Shown: in pieces, positions 26,720 to 37,046 of the stretch
Layout of the letters: every line of letters begins with the position of its first letter
Numbering within the stretch: position 1 is the first letter of the stretch
Source of the DNA: Burkholderiaceae bacterium
Lineage (GTDB): Bacteria; Patescibacteriota; Saccharimonadia; Saccharimonadales; AQU-01
Assembly: GCA_043788365.1 (NCBI GenBank)
Contig: JAYVTZ010000002.1
Coordinates: 51,208-115,207, forward strand
DNA length: 64,000 nucleotides
Reading direction: 5' to 3'
Notes under the pieces: model-generated
What the model saw: only the letters and a program-made list of their open reading frames with translations
Database searches by the model: none
What the model was told of the DNA's origin: nothing
Made by a program: the position numbers and the translations under genes

Positions 26720-28183
26720 TTGCAATGAGGCCGTAAGACGCGCCAGATTATCTAGTAGTTTGGTACGTTTAGGTCTTGCCTGCCAGCTTGATAAACTCAG
26801 TGATTTTGATTTAGCTAGATATTTGGTAGTCATTTTATTTAAGTCAGTGATTACCACTTTGTCATAAATTAGTAAGGTAACCTCTAGGTCAAGCTGGAAT
26901 GAGCGCATATCTAGGTTGCTCGAACCAATCGTAGCTATGTCGTCATCGATTGTTATATATTTAGAATGCAGTAGAATCGGCCGATTATAAAGATAGATTT
27001 GGACCCCGGCTTTTAATAATTCTTCGTAATATGATCTTTGGGCGTGACCAACCATTCTCTGATCCATAATTTCTGAATTTATCATGACCACCTCCACGCC
27101 GCGTTGGGCGGCGCTAGTTAAAGCAATCATCAATGAGTCATCCGGCACGAAATAGGGGTTAACAATAACCACTCTTTTGTCGGCGGTATGTATGAGCGAC
27201 GTAAACAGTTTTAGATTATTGTCATTATCATAACCAGGCCCGCTCGGTACTACCTGTGCGAGCGTAGTTCCAGTTAGCTCAATCGTAAACTCAAAATCGG
27301 AGTCTTCTTCCCTTATCAGCAGCTCATCAGATTCCGAATACCAATCGGTTATAAAAGCGGCGTGTAATTGGGTTACTACTGGACCAGTTACTCTGACCAT
27401 TAACTCGTCATAGTACAGACCGTCTCGTCGATGATAATTACGACGAATTAGGTTTTGCGAACCGGTATAGCCAATTACACCGTCAATTACGACGATTTTA
27501 CGATGATTACGTAGATCTGGTCTATTAAAATTCTTGCCAGGAAATTGGAGGGGCAACATCGAGTACCATTCAACTCCAATTTCAGTTAAAAGCTTTGTCA
27601 CATTACGGTAGCCATGCAGCTTCTTGGTGCCAAAATAGTCAAATAATACTCTTACTTTCACTCCACGCTTGACGGCTTCGGCCATTGCATCAAATAATGG
27701 CTGAGTAGAATCGTCTAGAACAATAATGAAAAATTCAATATGAACAAACTTCTTGGCTTTGGCGATATCTTCCGCGAGTCTGACAAAATTATCGTCATAT
27801 TCTGGTAAAAGTTCGATTTTATTACTACTAAATGCTGGCAGACCGCTAAGATTAGTTGCAAGCTTAATTAAATGATTGATTCGACTCGTGACCTCGAAGT
27901 GGACAAACTTTCTAAGTACTGGGTCAGTACTAGCCTCATCAACGGCTTTCTTAATAATTTTATCCATTGTGTGCTGTTTAGATCGTCGCGATTTGGACAA
28001 TTTTGGGCTACCAATTAACCAATAAGACAAAAAGCCGATCGTCGGCAGTATCATAATGTAAAATAACCACGCCATAGCTGACGATGGCTTACGGTTCTTA
28101 GGCACAAAGTAAACGGCTACTACCCTAAGAACCCACTCAAAGAAAATAAATAAAAGTAGTACCTGTTGGAAATCGAGTTTCAT
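26717..28183 (-). CDS. cls: Cardiolipin synthase (two PLD HKD motifs)
   Basis: HRKIVVIDG...GSQN and LHSKYITIDD...GSSN, with two N-terminal TM helices. Confidence 0.9.
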   Translation of the reverse strand: MKLDFQQVLLLFIFFEWVLRVVAVYFVPKNRKPSSAMAWLFYIMILPTIGFLSYWLIGSPKLSKSRRSKQHTMDKIIKKAVDEASTDPVLRKFVHFEVTSRINHLIKLATNLSGLPAFSSNKIELLPEYDDNFVRLAEDIAKAKKFVHIEFFIIVLDDSTQPLFDAMAEAVKRGVKVRVLFDYFGTKKLHGYRNVTKLLTEIGVEWYSMLPLQFPGKNFNRPDLRNHRKIVVIDGVIGYTGSQNLIRRNYHRRDGLYYDELMVRVTGPVVTQLHAAFITDWYSESDELLIREEDSDFEFTIELTGTTLAQVVPSGPGYDNDNNLKLFTSLIHTADKRVVIVNPYFVPDDSLMIALTSAAQRGVEVVMINSEIMDQRMVGHAQRSYYEELLKAGVQIYLYNRPILLHSKYITIDDDIATIGSSNLDMRSFQLDLEVTLLIYDKVVITDLNKMTTKYLAKSKSLSLSSWQARPKRTKLLDNLARLTASLQ

Positions 28184-28231
28184 TTTATAGTCATATTAGC
28201 ACGTTACAGATACGCTTATGGTAATAATGGT

Positions 28232-28882
28232 TTAAAAGTCTTCGTCCAAAGACTTTTGTAATTCATCCAAATTATTGATTTTTATGAGCTTATTTTCGAT
28301 GGAAATAATTTTTTTGGCTTTCAACTTGTTGATTTCGCGGCTAATTGTCTCACGGCTAAGCCCAGCCCTTGCACCTAAATCCTTTTCATTAATGTGTATA
28401 TCAATAACACCGTTCTTGCCTGGCGTACCAAACCTTTTGGCTTCGAGGATAATTTCAAAAACTAAGCGGTTACTGGCATTACTCGACATTAGGTGTGCCA
28501 TTCGTCCAAGTACACCGTCAATCCCAGCATAAATTCTTTCTAGTAAGCTCATCATCACATCTGGGTTAGCTTTCAAGAACTCAAAAACAGCCTCAATGGG
28601 CGCCTGTCGAACCTCTATATCAGTCTCGGCTTCAAATATAAAGCGATTGATTGTTTTGTCAAAGGCATGAGACAACGGGAAATAAGCCGGATGACGAAAA
28701 ATGTTCACAATTACTTCGTCACCACGTGAGTTGACGTCATATTCTTTGACCTTGCCTTTGATTATAAAAAATAAATCTTTGGATTTTTCGCCATTATGAA
28801 TCAGGATTTGGCCTTTTTCATAGGCCTTCAAGCGATACGCACTAAAGAACAGTTCTACTTTTTGCGTAATAGCGTCAGTCAT
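28232..28882 (-). CDS. Crp/Fnr-family transcriptional regulator
   Basis: cNMP-binding beta-roll (FFIIKGKVKEY) plus C-terminal HTH (LSRETISREINKLKAKKII). Confidence 0.8.
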   Translation of the reverse strand: MTDAITQKVELFFSAYRLKAYEKGQILIHNGEKSKDLFFIIKGKVKEYDVNSRGDEVIVNIFRHPAYFPLSHAFDKTINRFIFEAETDIEVRQAPIEAVFEFLKANPDVMMSLLERIYAGIDGVLGRMAHLMSSNASNRLVFEIILEAKRFGTPGKNGVIDIHINEKDLGARAGLSRETISREINKLKAKKIISIENKLIKINNLDELQKSLDEDF

Positions 28883-28986
28883 GTGGTGTAAATATTAGTT
28901 GGGCCTCAGCTTTCTGACCCTATATTCCCTTCTTAATTTGTAGTATAACATCCCGTTCCTTAAGAAATTAAATGTTAAGATATAGT

Positions 28987-29096
28987 GATGAATCCCATTA
29001 GACCTAAAATGATCGTATTAAGTCAGCTGACAACCGAACCACTGTTCGACTGTCAACCGATTATTGACTATCTAACGTCTGTGGAGGTCTAACGGG
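28987..29096 (+). promoter_or_regulatory. 110-nt conserved leader (copy B) directly upstream of the bcp ATG
   Basis: See 22370..22479. Conserved hairpins CGAAC-NNNN-GTTCG and GTCAA-CCGATTA-TTGAC; GGAGG lies 9 nt before the ATG. Confidence 0.7.
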
Positions 29097-29549
29097 ATGA
29101 AAGCACCAGATTTTAATTTACCCGACCAAAACGGCCAAATCCATTCACTCAAAGATTACGCCGGTAAATGGTTAGTTATATATTTCTACCCTAAGGACGA
29201 CACTCCTGGCTGTACCAAAGAAGCTTGCGCATTCAGAGATGGTCGCGATTTACTGGCCGGTCTCGGCGCTGAAGTTGTCGGCATAAGCAAAGACACGTCT
29301 CGTTCCCACGCCAAGTTTGCCGACAAACATCAACTGAACTTTACTATCTTAAGTGATGAATCAACGGATATAATTAACGCTTTTGGCTCTTGGAAGCCAA
29401 AAAAATTTATGGGTCGAGAATTTGTGGGTATTCACCGCGACACTTACTTAATTGATCCAAGTGGGGAAATAGTAAAAAAGTACGAAGGTGTTAACCCCTT
29501 GACTCATTTTGACGAAGTCTATAAAGACCTAAAAAGCCTGACCAGTTAA
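29097..29549 (+). CDS. bcp: Thiol peroxidase / peroxiredoxin Bcp
   Basis: FYPKDDTPGCTKEAC peroxidatic-Cys motif. Confidence 0.9.
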   Translation: MKAPDFNLPDQNGQIHSLKDYAGKWLVIYFYPKDDTPGCTKEACAFRDGRDLLAGLGAEVVGISKDTSRSHAKFADKHQLNFTILSDESTDIINAFGSWKPKKFMGREFVGIHRDTYLIDPSGEIVKKYEGVNPLTHFDEVYKDLKSLTS

Positions 29550-29582
29550 AAACAGACAGGGCTTATTTGCCCTGTCTGTTTA
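29548..29582. terminator. Rho-independent terminator (bidirectional)
   Basis: AACAGACAGGGC-ttattt-GCCCTGTCTGTT flanked by A/T runs. Confidence 0.75.
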
Positions 29583-29602
29583 CGATTGACTCGTTAATTA
29601 TT

Positions 29603-30022
29603 CTACTGAACTGTAATTGAGCCCGTGTCACCAGCATTAAAGTGGTTGTGAAAACCAAAAGTTCCCATTTTTGTAACCGTAAATGTAACCGTTTGACCCT
29701 TGCCAACTGTACCAACGTTCAGGTCGGCATCATCCGAGTGGGCTGGGTGTGGATTGGAATCAAACTGTAGGCTCGATGATGAGTTGTTAGTAATAGCCAC
29801 CGTGTCCCCAGTTTTGACTGTAGTCTTGCTTGGACTGAAGCCATTATTCGAGTACGTGATTGTAGCTGCGGCCGTTTTGTCACTAGCGGTCGTACTTGTT
29901 GAGGTTGTCGTATTGGTTGTAGTCGCCTGACTTACATTAGTAGTCGATTTCTTATTCATTAATAGAAAGCCACCGCCTAGCACAACGACCGCTACGACGC
30001 CCACAATTATTCCCTTGTTCAT
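29603..30022 (-). CDS. Membrane-anchored cupredoxin-like domain protein
   Basis: TM anchor, Thr-rich linker and C-terminal beta domain ...TFGFHNHFNAGDTGSITVQ. Confidence 0.6.
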   Translation of the reverse strand: MNKGIIVGVVAVVVLGGGFLLMNKKSTTNVSQATTTNTTTSTSTTASDKTAAATITYSNNGFSPSKTTVKTGDTVAITNNSSSSLQFDSNPHPAHSDDADLNVGTVGKGQTVTFTVTKMGTFGFHNHFNAGDTGSITVQ

Positions 30023-30105
30023 ATCTGCTCCTCTAACTTAGTTGTAGATTAATAATACTATAGAATTACAAATGCAGTTGATTAAACTTAACACTCTTTG
30101 GGTTT

Positions 30106-30540
30106 CTAGAGGTATTGCCCGGGCACTGGTCTTTTATCAAAATCTTCAATTGCAACACCAAGCTTTTGAGCAACGCCCCTTGCAGAGCCAGGAACCATTT
30201 TTTCGTGTAACTCAACTAGTATACGTTTTAGGTCAAGCGTACCTTCATCAGCCGAAACTTCTATTGATGGTGCCTGCGTCCTTAATAACCTATCGAGAAT
30301 AGTGGCTACGCCCCTTAGACTATGGGTCTCTAAACTACGGATAGGTAGAGATAATCCAGACGGCTCCTGTTCAGTTAAAACACCCCATATTGAGTCGGTT
30401 AAATTTTGGGCCCTAGCTATTAGCACTTCTTTCGGTATGAAAAGACCATTGCTTTCAGGCAGCGTGAATATTCTAACCGTGTCTAGGTCTTGTTCTCTAC
30501 CTCTAGCTACAAGATATTCGTCGGGTGCTATTTCTGCCAC
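30106..30540 (-). CDS. Hypothetical protein (144 aa)
   Basis: ORF only; no motif recognised. Confidence 0.45.
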   Translation of the reverse strand: MAEIAPDEYLVARGREQDLDTVRIFTLPESNGLFIPKEVLIARAQNLTDSIWGVLTEQEPSGLSLPIRSLETHSLRGVATILDRLLRTQAPSIEVSADEGTLDLKRILVELHEKMVPGSARGVAQKLGVAIEDFDKRPVPGQYL

Positions 30541-30609
30541 GTTAACTCCAATAACATCACTCTCACAGTAACATAATTATCTGATTTGTAAATGTAATGT
30601 TTAATTACT

Positions 30610-31401
30610 CTATGAGAGCAGTGCGCCGCCGTCGACGACAATCTGGCTACCAGTCATATATGACGACATATCACTTGCTAGAAAGAGGGCAACTTTAGCA
30701 ATTTCGTCAGGCTCACCCATCCGGTGCATTGGTATACTGGCCATGAATATTTTCGTCGACTCGGCCATTTGCTCGGCCGATGCACCTTTACTCATGGCCG
30801 CCACACCAGGCGTCGCCACGCCACCGGGGGCAATCGCATTTACTTGAATATTGTACTGGGCGAGTTCTAGGGCTGAATTTTTTGTAAATCCCCAAGCACC
30901 GTGCTTTGAAGCATCATAGTGAGCAAGTCCGATCATTGAGGGGTGTAAGGCGTCAATTGAAGTGATATTGATAATCTTGCCACCACCCTCGGCTTTCATT
31001 ACCTCAGCCGCGTATTTAGTGGTCAGAAAAACACTCCGTAAATTGACATGCATGACACGCTCAAACTGGGCCTCGGTCATTACTGAAACTGGTGCCGGTG
31101 GATAAATACCCGCGTTATTTACCAAAATATCAACTGCACCAAACTTTTCCTTACACTCGGCTATCATGTTTTTAATGTCTTCTTCGTTTGCGACGTCGAC
31201 ACTGTAGGCGAGGGCCGTCCAGCCTTCACCAATCAACTCTTCAGCTGTTTTGTAGGCAGCTTCTCTGTCTAAATCAGCCACCATGACTTTAGCACCTGCC
31301 TCGGCCAGACGATATGCAATACCCTTGCCGATGCCCATCGCACCACCAGTTACGATTGCCGTGTTGCCATTTAGATTAAGTAGGTTTGATAGTTGTTCCA
31401 T
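30610..31401 (-). CDS. SDR-family oxidoreductase (FabG/glucose dehydrogenase-like)
   Basis: TGGAMGIG, NNAG and YDASKHG catalytic motifs. Confidence 0.9.
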   Translation of the reverse strand: MEQLSNLLNLNGNTAIVTGGAMGIGKGIAYRLAEAGAKVMVADLDREAAYKTAEELIGEGWTALAYSVDVANEEDIKNMIAECKEKFGAVDILVNNAGIYPPAPVSVMTEAQFERVMHVNLRSVFLTTKYAAEVMKAEGGGKIINITSIDALHPSMIGLAHYDASKHGAWGFTKNSALELAQYNIQVNAIAPGGVATPGVAAMSKGASAEQMAESTKIFMASIPMHRMGEPDEIAKVALFLASDMSSYMTGSQIVVDGGALLS

Positions 31402-31673
31402 GACGTCCTCCTATTAGTTATTTCTGTGTCAGCCTCGGCTTCCATTTTGGCTAGCCTGGTGTAGTAATCTGGGATTTCTTTCAAATACGCCCAAGCAATT
31501 TTTCCAGTTATAGTCATGTCACTATTAGTAACATTTGTTTCTGCATCAACTGTGCCGTGTTCTAACTCAACTGCTAGCCCTTGGCGAAATTGCTCTAAAT
31601 CTATAGCCTCCAAGCTAATGCCTAGTTTGACTGCAGTGGTCTTTGCCTCTTCATTGGTAAATATTTTCTTAAT
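31371..31673 (-). CDS. Small conserved protein with ELEHG motif; probable AUU start
   Basis: Track ORF starts at a TTG (31613) with no SD. An in-frame extension IKKIFTNEEAKTTAVKLGIS begins at ATT (31673), 7 nt after AGGAGG. An in-frame TAG lies 7 codons upstream. Confidence 0.55.
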   Translation of the reverse strand: MKKIFTNEEAKTTAVKLGISLEAIDLEQFRQGLAVELEHGTVDAETNVTNSDMTITGKIAWAYLKEIPDYYTRLAKMEAEADTEITNRRTSWNNYQTYLI

Positions 31674-31777
31674 GACCTTGCCTCCTAGATGTAACTATAC
31701 GCAGAGAAAATTAAACAAGCTGTGACCAATTCGGCATAACAATGAATAAAGTCGATTATTAAATCCTGAATTAGCGT

Positions 31778-33406
31778 CTATCTCGTACCGTCGGCTTGAC
31801 CCAAAAGCGCACCATAATCAGACTTCAGAGCGGTTGGCGATTTGCCGACTTCGTAACTATAGTTAAATATTTGGTTTTTATTATTAAGACTGTAGGTTAT
31901 TTTAGAATTATCAATCCAGTTAACACTCTTATAGCTAACGTCAAGTAACCCTGACGGTTCGACCTTGCCACTTTCGCATTGTATCTCATGAGACTTCTGC
32001 TCAGATAGATTTATGTAGTACAGGCAACTTGTAGGTACCTCGTCAATAAATAGTAGTTTTTCGCCGTCGGGCGAGAACATTGGGTCAAGCGTAGTCGTCC
32101 TGCCAGTAAATGCCGCATCTGGACGCGTGTTAGCCTTAAGGCTCGGGATTACACCCTCTTTGCCTGTAGCTAAATCAGCATATGTGATACCAAGTTGGGT
32201 GTTGGGCGTATCCGCAATCATATATTTTTCAGAGGGTGACAGCCAAAAACGAGTGCTCCATGAACTTCCAAGTGCTATCGATTGTGTCTTATTGACCTTG
32301 CCCAATGCAATATCGATGCCAACTATATAAACATTTGGTTGTTTGGGGGCAGTTGGTGCAGAACCTTTGGTCTGTGCTTGTGAATACTGCGCAAAAGAAC
32401 TACTTATATACGAATTATAGTCGTCTTTTTTAAGACCAACGAACAGTAGTGATTTTTTATCAAGACTAACGGCAGAAAGGTCTATGACATAATCATCGAG
32501 GGAGCTATACGATAGTTCTTCTTCTTTCTGTGATGAAATATCGTATCTATAGTATTTGCAGCCTCTTGAACCGGCGTCAAGCGCATGCCTATCTTTACAA
32601 TTCTCATAAACAACACTGGTTTCGCTTAGCGTAAATATCGGCTGGGCTAGTGGCAAATGTGTGGTAGAGCCAGTTATATCAACAAAGCCTTTAGGCGTAT
32701 AAAGTAACTCTTTTAGACCACTGCTTAGCAAAGAGCCGGGGGCTGAGACTTCCTCAACTATGAAGTTGCCCTTGCCAAGCACCGCCAATACTCTAACGCT
32801 TAGGCCATGGACGTCTTGACGAACTTTACTGCCAGAACCATCTGTCAAAGTTAATGTAGCCGTCGCACCCTTAAGCCCTGAATAACTTTGATAAAGACTA
32901 TAGGAATTATCGATGTTCTTCGCCGCTCCTGATATCGCCACAAACTTTGTGTTGGCGCCTTTTGACGAGCTACTACCGGCTAGGCTTGATGATTTATGAT
33001 GCTTACTTACAAGAACATAACCAACTGCAAGTCCAATAACAACCACTGCCGCCAAACCAATAATTAGGAAAAGCTTGGAGCGACTCTTTGGCTTAGTTTG
33101 CAATGGGGCATTTGTTGTCACTACAATATCACCTACAACAGGTTGAGGCGACTCAACTGGCGGTGCAGCAGCACTCATGGCCTCAAGCTCTTTTGCAATA
33201 AGTGGGTTTATAGTGGCCTTTTGGGTCACTGGTACAGCCGGTATAGGTTGTGTTGGTGTAGCTGGTAGATTTACGCGTGGTACTACAGGTGCTTGTTGAG
33301 TTGCTGTCTCAGGAAGACTCGCGGGCGCGGCCGGTAATGTCGGCTGATTTGGAGTGAGTTGTTGAGTTGGGGCCGAGGTCTGCGGACTACTGCTTTCGTT
33401 ATCCAT
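31778..33406 (-). CDS. Single-pass surface protein: Pro-rich N-terminus, TM, beta-propeller-like ectodomain
   Basis: PD40/TolB-like repeat signature (DPMFSPDGEKLLF). Architecture shared with 35652..37016 and 57686..59647. Confidence 0.6.
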   Translation of the reverse strand: MDNESSSPQTSAPTQQLTPNQPTLPAAPASLPETATQQAPVVPRVNLPATPTQPIPAVPVTQKATINPLIAKELEAMSAAAPPVESPQPVVGDIVVTTNAPLQTKPKSRSKLFLIIGLAAVVVIGLAVGYVLVSKHHKSSSLAGSSSSKGANTKFVAISGAAKNIDNSYSLYQSYSGLKGATATLTLTDGSGSKVRQDVHGLSVRVLAVLGKGNFIVEEVSAPGSLLSSGLKELLYTPKGFVDITGSTTHLPLAQPIFTLSETSVVYENCKDRHALDAGSRGCKYYRYDISSQKEEELSYSSLDDYVIDLSAVSLDKKSLLFVGLKKDDYNSYISSSFAQYSQAQTKGSAPTAPKQPNVYIVGIDIALGKVNKTQSIALGSSWSTRFWLSPSEKYMIADTPNTQLGITYADLATGKEGVIPSLKANTRPDAAFTGRTTTLDPMFSPDGEKLLFIDEVPTSCLYYINLSEQKSHEIQCESGKVEPSGLLDVSYKSVNWIDNSKITYSLNNKNQIFNYSYEVGKSPTALKSDYGALLGQADGTR

Positions 33407-33507
33407 AAGAGGAATTATAGCAACTAACTAAACTATATCCACTCAATTAGGCACTATTCGCCAGAGACGCCCTCGTCAGTACCGATTATTTAGTAAAACT
33501 TCGCCAC

Positions 33508-34161
33508 TTATGGCTCGAACTTGAGAGTTTTAGTAATCATTAAATCGAAGTCTTTAAGAACGTCAGGGAAACTGCTGTTAATATTATAGACCGCAGTATA
33601 TGTGCGACCGTTAGTGTGAAATATATACTGGACCGTTTTTGCACCGTCGACTGGGCCAGGACCATCACCGCTAGCTTTGTAAGTTCCAGTCTGACGCTTG
33701 CCGACTACTCCCGTTACCGTAACAGCCTCAGTTTTCATGTCTGGGTAACTCGTGGCATTTAGCTCACCATTATCTGTCAAAGTTTCGGTCGTTGACGTCA
33801 CATACATTTGACCAGTGCTTTCTGATGCGCATGTACCGACAGACTTAGCGTCGGCGCCGACCAAAAATAACTCAGGGCCGCAAAGTGATGGGTTCGTAGC
33901 GGTAACCCAAGTACTGGGGTATTTTAAGGAGAACTTTCCGGCCGCGTTTGAATAAGCCTTCCAGTCTTTGGTCGGATCGGCCGCCTTAACTATAGCTTTA
34001 TCAGTCGCAATGCTTTCGTTTAGCTTAGTCGTGTTGTCTAAAATTTTCTTGGTGTCGTTATTAGTCTTAAGAACGTAATAGCCCGTTCCACCGATAATGG
34101 CAGCAATTACAATCATTAAAGCAATTTGTGGGAAACCAAACCCCCGTTGATTCATTTTCAT
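33508..34161 (-). CDS. Pilin-like N-terminal anchor protein
   Basis: MKMNQRG|FGFPQIALMIVIAAIIGGTGYYV. Paralogous N-terminus to 38323..39024, but with Gln instead of Glu at +5. Confidence 0.55.
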   Translation of the reverse strand: MKMNQRGFGFPQIALMIVIAAIIGGTGYYVLKTNNDTKKILDNTTKLNESIATDKAIVKAADPTKDWKAYSNAAGKFSLKYPSTWVTATNPSLCGPELFLVGADAKSVGTCASESTGQMYVTSTTETLTDNGELNATSYPDMKTEAVTVTGVVGKRQTGTYKASGDGPGPVDGAKTVQYIFHTNGRTYTAVYNINSSFPDVLKDFDLMITKTLKFEP

Positions 34162-34243
34162 AGAAACTCCTAGTTACAAATCCTAGTATGCGACTACTAG
34201 CTTTTAATTTAAAGATGATTTTTTATTTTTGTACCGTGTAGCC

Positions 34244-34912
34244 TTAAAATTTGTCAGCGGCTAAAGCATCTCTAACTAACTCAAGCATCCCCGATCTATA
34301 TTCGTCTGTAAAGTCATGATTGCCTGGAATTTGGATTATTTCAATTTTTTCGTTCGTACGATCAAAATTTGTCTCCCCTAAAATTTCGTCAGAATTAGCA
34401 ATGTAAAATCTTACCTGATTGTCCTCAGACATCCTGTTGTATAGTTTTATTACGTTCAATCGTTTTATACTTTGCCAGTAAGTCTTTGGGATTATTGTCA
34501 TACTACCGTCGCGCCGAGGTACTTTCGATATCCCGTTAAGATTAATCTCGGCACCTGGTCGTTGACCAAACAACTTTTTAATCTGTGATTCGCTGATTGA
34601 ATCGGGTGGAGCTAAACAAATTATTTTCCTAGTTCCCTTTGGGTGTGCAAGTGCAGCAACAATACACCCCTGAGAATGAGCCACTATATCTACAACATTT
34701 TTACTAACATCAATTTTATTTAACGATTCTTTCAAGCGTTCTACTTGTTCTGGTAAAGAACTAACTGTTAGCGTGTTAAGCTGGTCATCATATTCGTTAA
34801 AATCAATCATGACGTTCTCAGCACCAGGTATTGTCTTTGCAATATCGGTGAATAAGCCTCTGCCGTCCTTCTTAACACCGAATCCGTGCGAGTATACAAC
34901 GTAATGTTTCAT
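34244..34912 (-). CDS. Alpha/beta hydrolase
   Basis: Nucleophile elbow AHSQG and N-terminal HGFG oxyanion-type motif. Confidence 0.65.
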   Translation of the reverse strand: MKHYVVYSHGFGVKKDGRGLFTDIAKTIPGAENVMIDFNEYDDQLNTLTVSSLPEQVERLKESLNKIDVSKNVVDIVAHSQGCIVAALAHPKGTRKIICLAPPDSISESQIKKLFGQRPGAEINLNGISKVPRRDGSMTIIPKTYWQSIKRLNVIKLYNRMSEDNQVRFYIANSDEILGETNFDRTNEKIEIIQIPGNHDFTDEYRSGMLELVRDALAADKF

Positions 34913-34914
34913 TA

Positions 34915-35349
34915 CTAATCCTGAAAGTAGTTTTGTTCAGGATTAGTAAAGTGCGTGAGCCTAAACATCTGTTTCATTTCTTCGGGCGTATTCAGACGGA
35001 TAATTTTGTACGCACCTGACGTCTCCTGTTTTTCATAATTGTGCTCAATACTCAATATGTAACACAGTCCCCAATAAACCCACCTACCGTCAACATCTTC
35101 AACCAAAAAATTTCTAACCGGCGGAACCTTATAAACCCGTATATTTGACTTGCCATAAAACTTAAAAACTCTATCTTTAACGGCGTCGATTATGTATGGT
35201 TCCGATAGATGTTTAATCAATTCGAGCTCTGCAGGAAAGCCCTGCTGCTTGGTAATTCTTAGCGTGTCGTTAATTTCTATAAATGATCCCATAGCTACAT
35301 CATAGCAAATAAAAAACGCCCCACTTTGAGCGTCTTGTCGAAAATTCAA
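34915..35349 (-). CDS. Hypothetical protein (144 aa)
   Basis: ORF only; likely start at MGSFIEIND. Confidence 0.45.
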   Translation of the reverse strand: MNFRQDAQSGAFFICYDVAMGSFIEINDTLRITKQQGFPAELELIKHLSEPYIIDAVKDRVFKFYGKSNIRVYKVPPVRNFLVEDVDGRWVYWGLCYILSIEHNYEKQETSGAYKIIRLNTPEEMKQMFRLTHFTNPEQNYFQD

Positions 35350-35583
35350 CTAGTTATAATGGTTTTGTTCTTCCGAAGCGTCTTTGACGGCTTCAATTGC
35401 CATTTCTGCTAAAAATAGCGCGCCGGTGCCAATCATCTGAACTTTAAGTGAAGCGGGATTAAATACCTCTTTAAGTAGGTAAACCTCTACTTCTCCCAGG
35501 CTATCACCCGGGGGTGGTTGCGGTCGTTCGAGTAGTTGGTTTGGACTTGCCATTTGCCTCCTTAACCAATCTGATAATAACAC
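35350..35583 (-). CDS. Hypothetical protein (77 aa)
   Basis: ORF abutting the downstream gene with no gap. Confidence 0.4.
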   Translation of the reverse strand: MLLSDWLRRQMASPNQLLERPQPPPGDSLGEVEVYLLKEVFNPASLKVQMIGTGALFLAEMAIEAVKDASEEQNHYN

Positions 35584-35651
35584 TTGTGCTAGTGTTTGTC
35601 AACCATAAGCACTGCAAAGCTGAGCGTACCACCACCCCACCAGTTAATTGA

Positions 35652-37016
35652 TTACTTTACGGTCGTCTGCTGTTCTAGTTTGTCTGTTTCGGTATTGTAG
35701 ATTGCAATATGCTCGATGGGCTTAACTCCGTCGCTACCAGTAACCTCAAGGATCATTTTGTTGTCACCGAACCAGCCCTTTGGTAATATTTGTTCAATCT
35801 GCTTCATATCACTCGGGGCTGGGTGTAATGTCTTACCGTAGCTCTTAGTCGCGACATCAAACGCAACATAGCCACCCGAAGCATGCAGAACCGGGAAGAT
35901 AATAACCGTATCGCCTTTCGGGGATATGCTTAGATTGTTATTAATCATCCCTGACAGTAACAGGTTAATCCCCGCCGAATCTATCATCGTTAGCTGGACA
36001 TCAAAGCCATTAATAGGCACTTCATTGATGAATATTTTATTACCGCCATCACGAACATATATGTTATAGATGCCTGTATCGCCAGTTTGGATCTGCTCGC
36101 TCGTACCATCCGTTAAACTGAGCTTAGATAATTTTGTCACGACTGCTGGTTTTGTTGTTGCGCCACCAACTACAACATACTTAGTGGCTGGTTTATCGGC
36201 ATAAATTATCGTATCATTGTCCTTCCAAGCAGGCCTGGCATAACTCATTTCGACAGCGTAATCATTGGCCGAAGTACGGCTAAAACCCTCACCAATTGGG
36301 TTGAGTACAGCTTGATAATCCTTTATCTCATCACTGCGAATGTCCCAAACACCAATTTTATTTTTTTGAGCGACCGCTAATTTGAAACCATCTAGCGAAA
36401 CGCTGCAGCAAAAATCACCGGCTACGTCTTCTGGTGGGGCGGCAAATATGGTCTTTGTCTCTCCAGTTTGCAAGTTCAGCAGTTTTGCATTGAGCCTTTT
36501 ATCGCTTCCACTACCCTCTGCAGAACCGTATACCAAAAAGTGGTCACTCATGATGCGCGGGTCGCCACCGCCAGAGGTAAGTTTGAATGTCTTATTTGTG
36601 GCTAAATCGTATAAATAAAGCCCACTATCGCCATAACTCACTACATTGGCGCTGATAATTACGACATTGACATCTGGGCTGTCACTTTGAAACTGGGGCA
36701 CACCAATTGTTTTAACTTCTTTAAAAAGCTTTGCATCGTAGTTAATGTAGCCAGCGACCGAATCATTGTTCGGGAATTGAGGCTTAGCGCTATTTAACAC
36801 TACATCGGCTGGTTTATTGACTGGTTTAGGCTTACTTATTTGCTTATATACGAGGAAACCAGAGACGCCAGCTAGTAGCACGACTACTGTTATTAATATT
36901 AACTTACTTGTTTTGCTAGACTTTGGCTTTTCTGGGCTAGTTGGTGTTGACTCTGGAGCTTGAACTCCATCAGGCTGGTCTGTGGTTTTACTTAAGTTTT
37001 CAATTTCTTCACTCAT
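35652..37016 (-). CDS. Single-pass surface protein with beta-propeller-like ectodomain
   Basis: N-terminal cytoplasmic tail, TM (LILITVVVLLAGVSGFLVY) and a repetitive beta-rich ectodomain. Confidence 0.6.
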   Translation of the reverse strand: MSEEIENLSKTTDQPDGVQAPESTPTSPEKPKSSKTSKLILITVVVLLAGVSGFLVYKQISKPKPVNKPADVVLNSAKPQFPNNDSVAGYINYDAKLFKEVKTIGVPQFQSDSPDVNVVIISANVVSYGDSGLYLYDLATNKTFKLTSGGGDPRIMSDHFLVYGSAEGSGSDKRLNAKLLNLQTGETKTIFAAPPEDVAGDFCCSVSLDGFKLAVAQKNKIGVWDIRSDEIKDYQAVLNPIGEGFSRTSANDYAVEMSYARPAWKDNDTIIYADKPATKYVVVGGATTKPAVVTKLSKLSLTDGTSEQIQTGDTGIYNIYVRDGGNKIFINEVPINGFDVQLTMIDSAGINLLLSGMINNNLSISPKGDTVIIFPVLHASGGYVAFDVATKSYGKTLHPAPSDMKQIEQILPKGWFGDNKMILEVTGSDGVKPIEHIAIYNTETDKLEQQTTVK

Positions 37017-37046
37017 AGCTACATGATAGCAAATGCTGTGCGTTTT

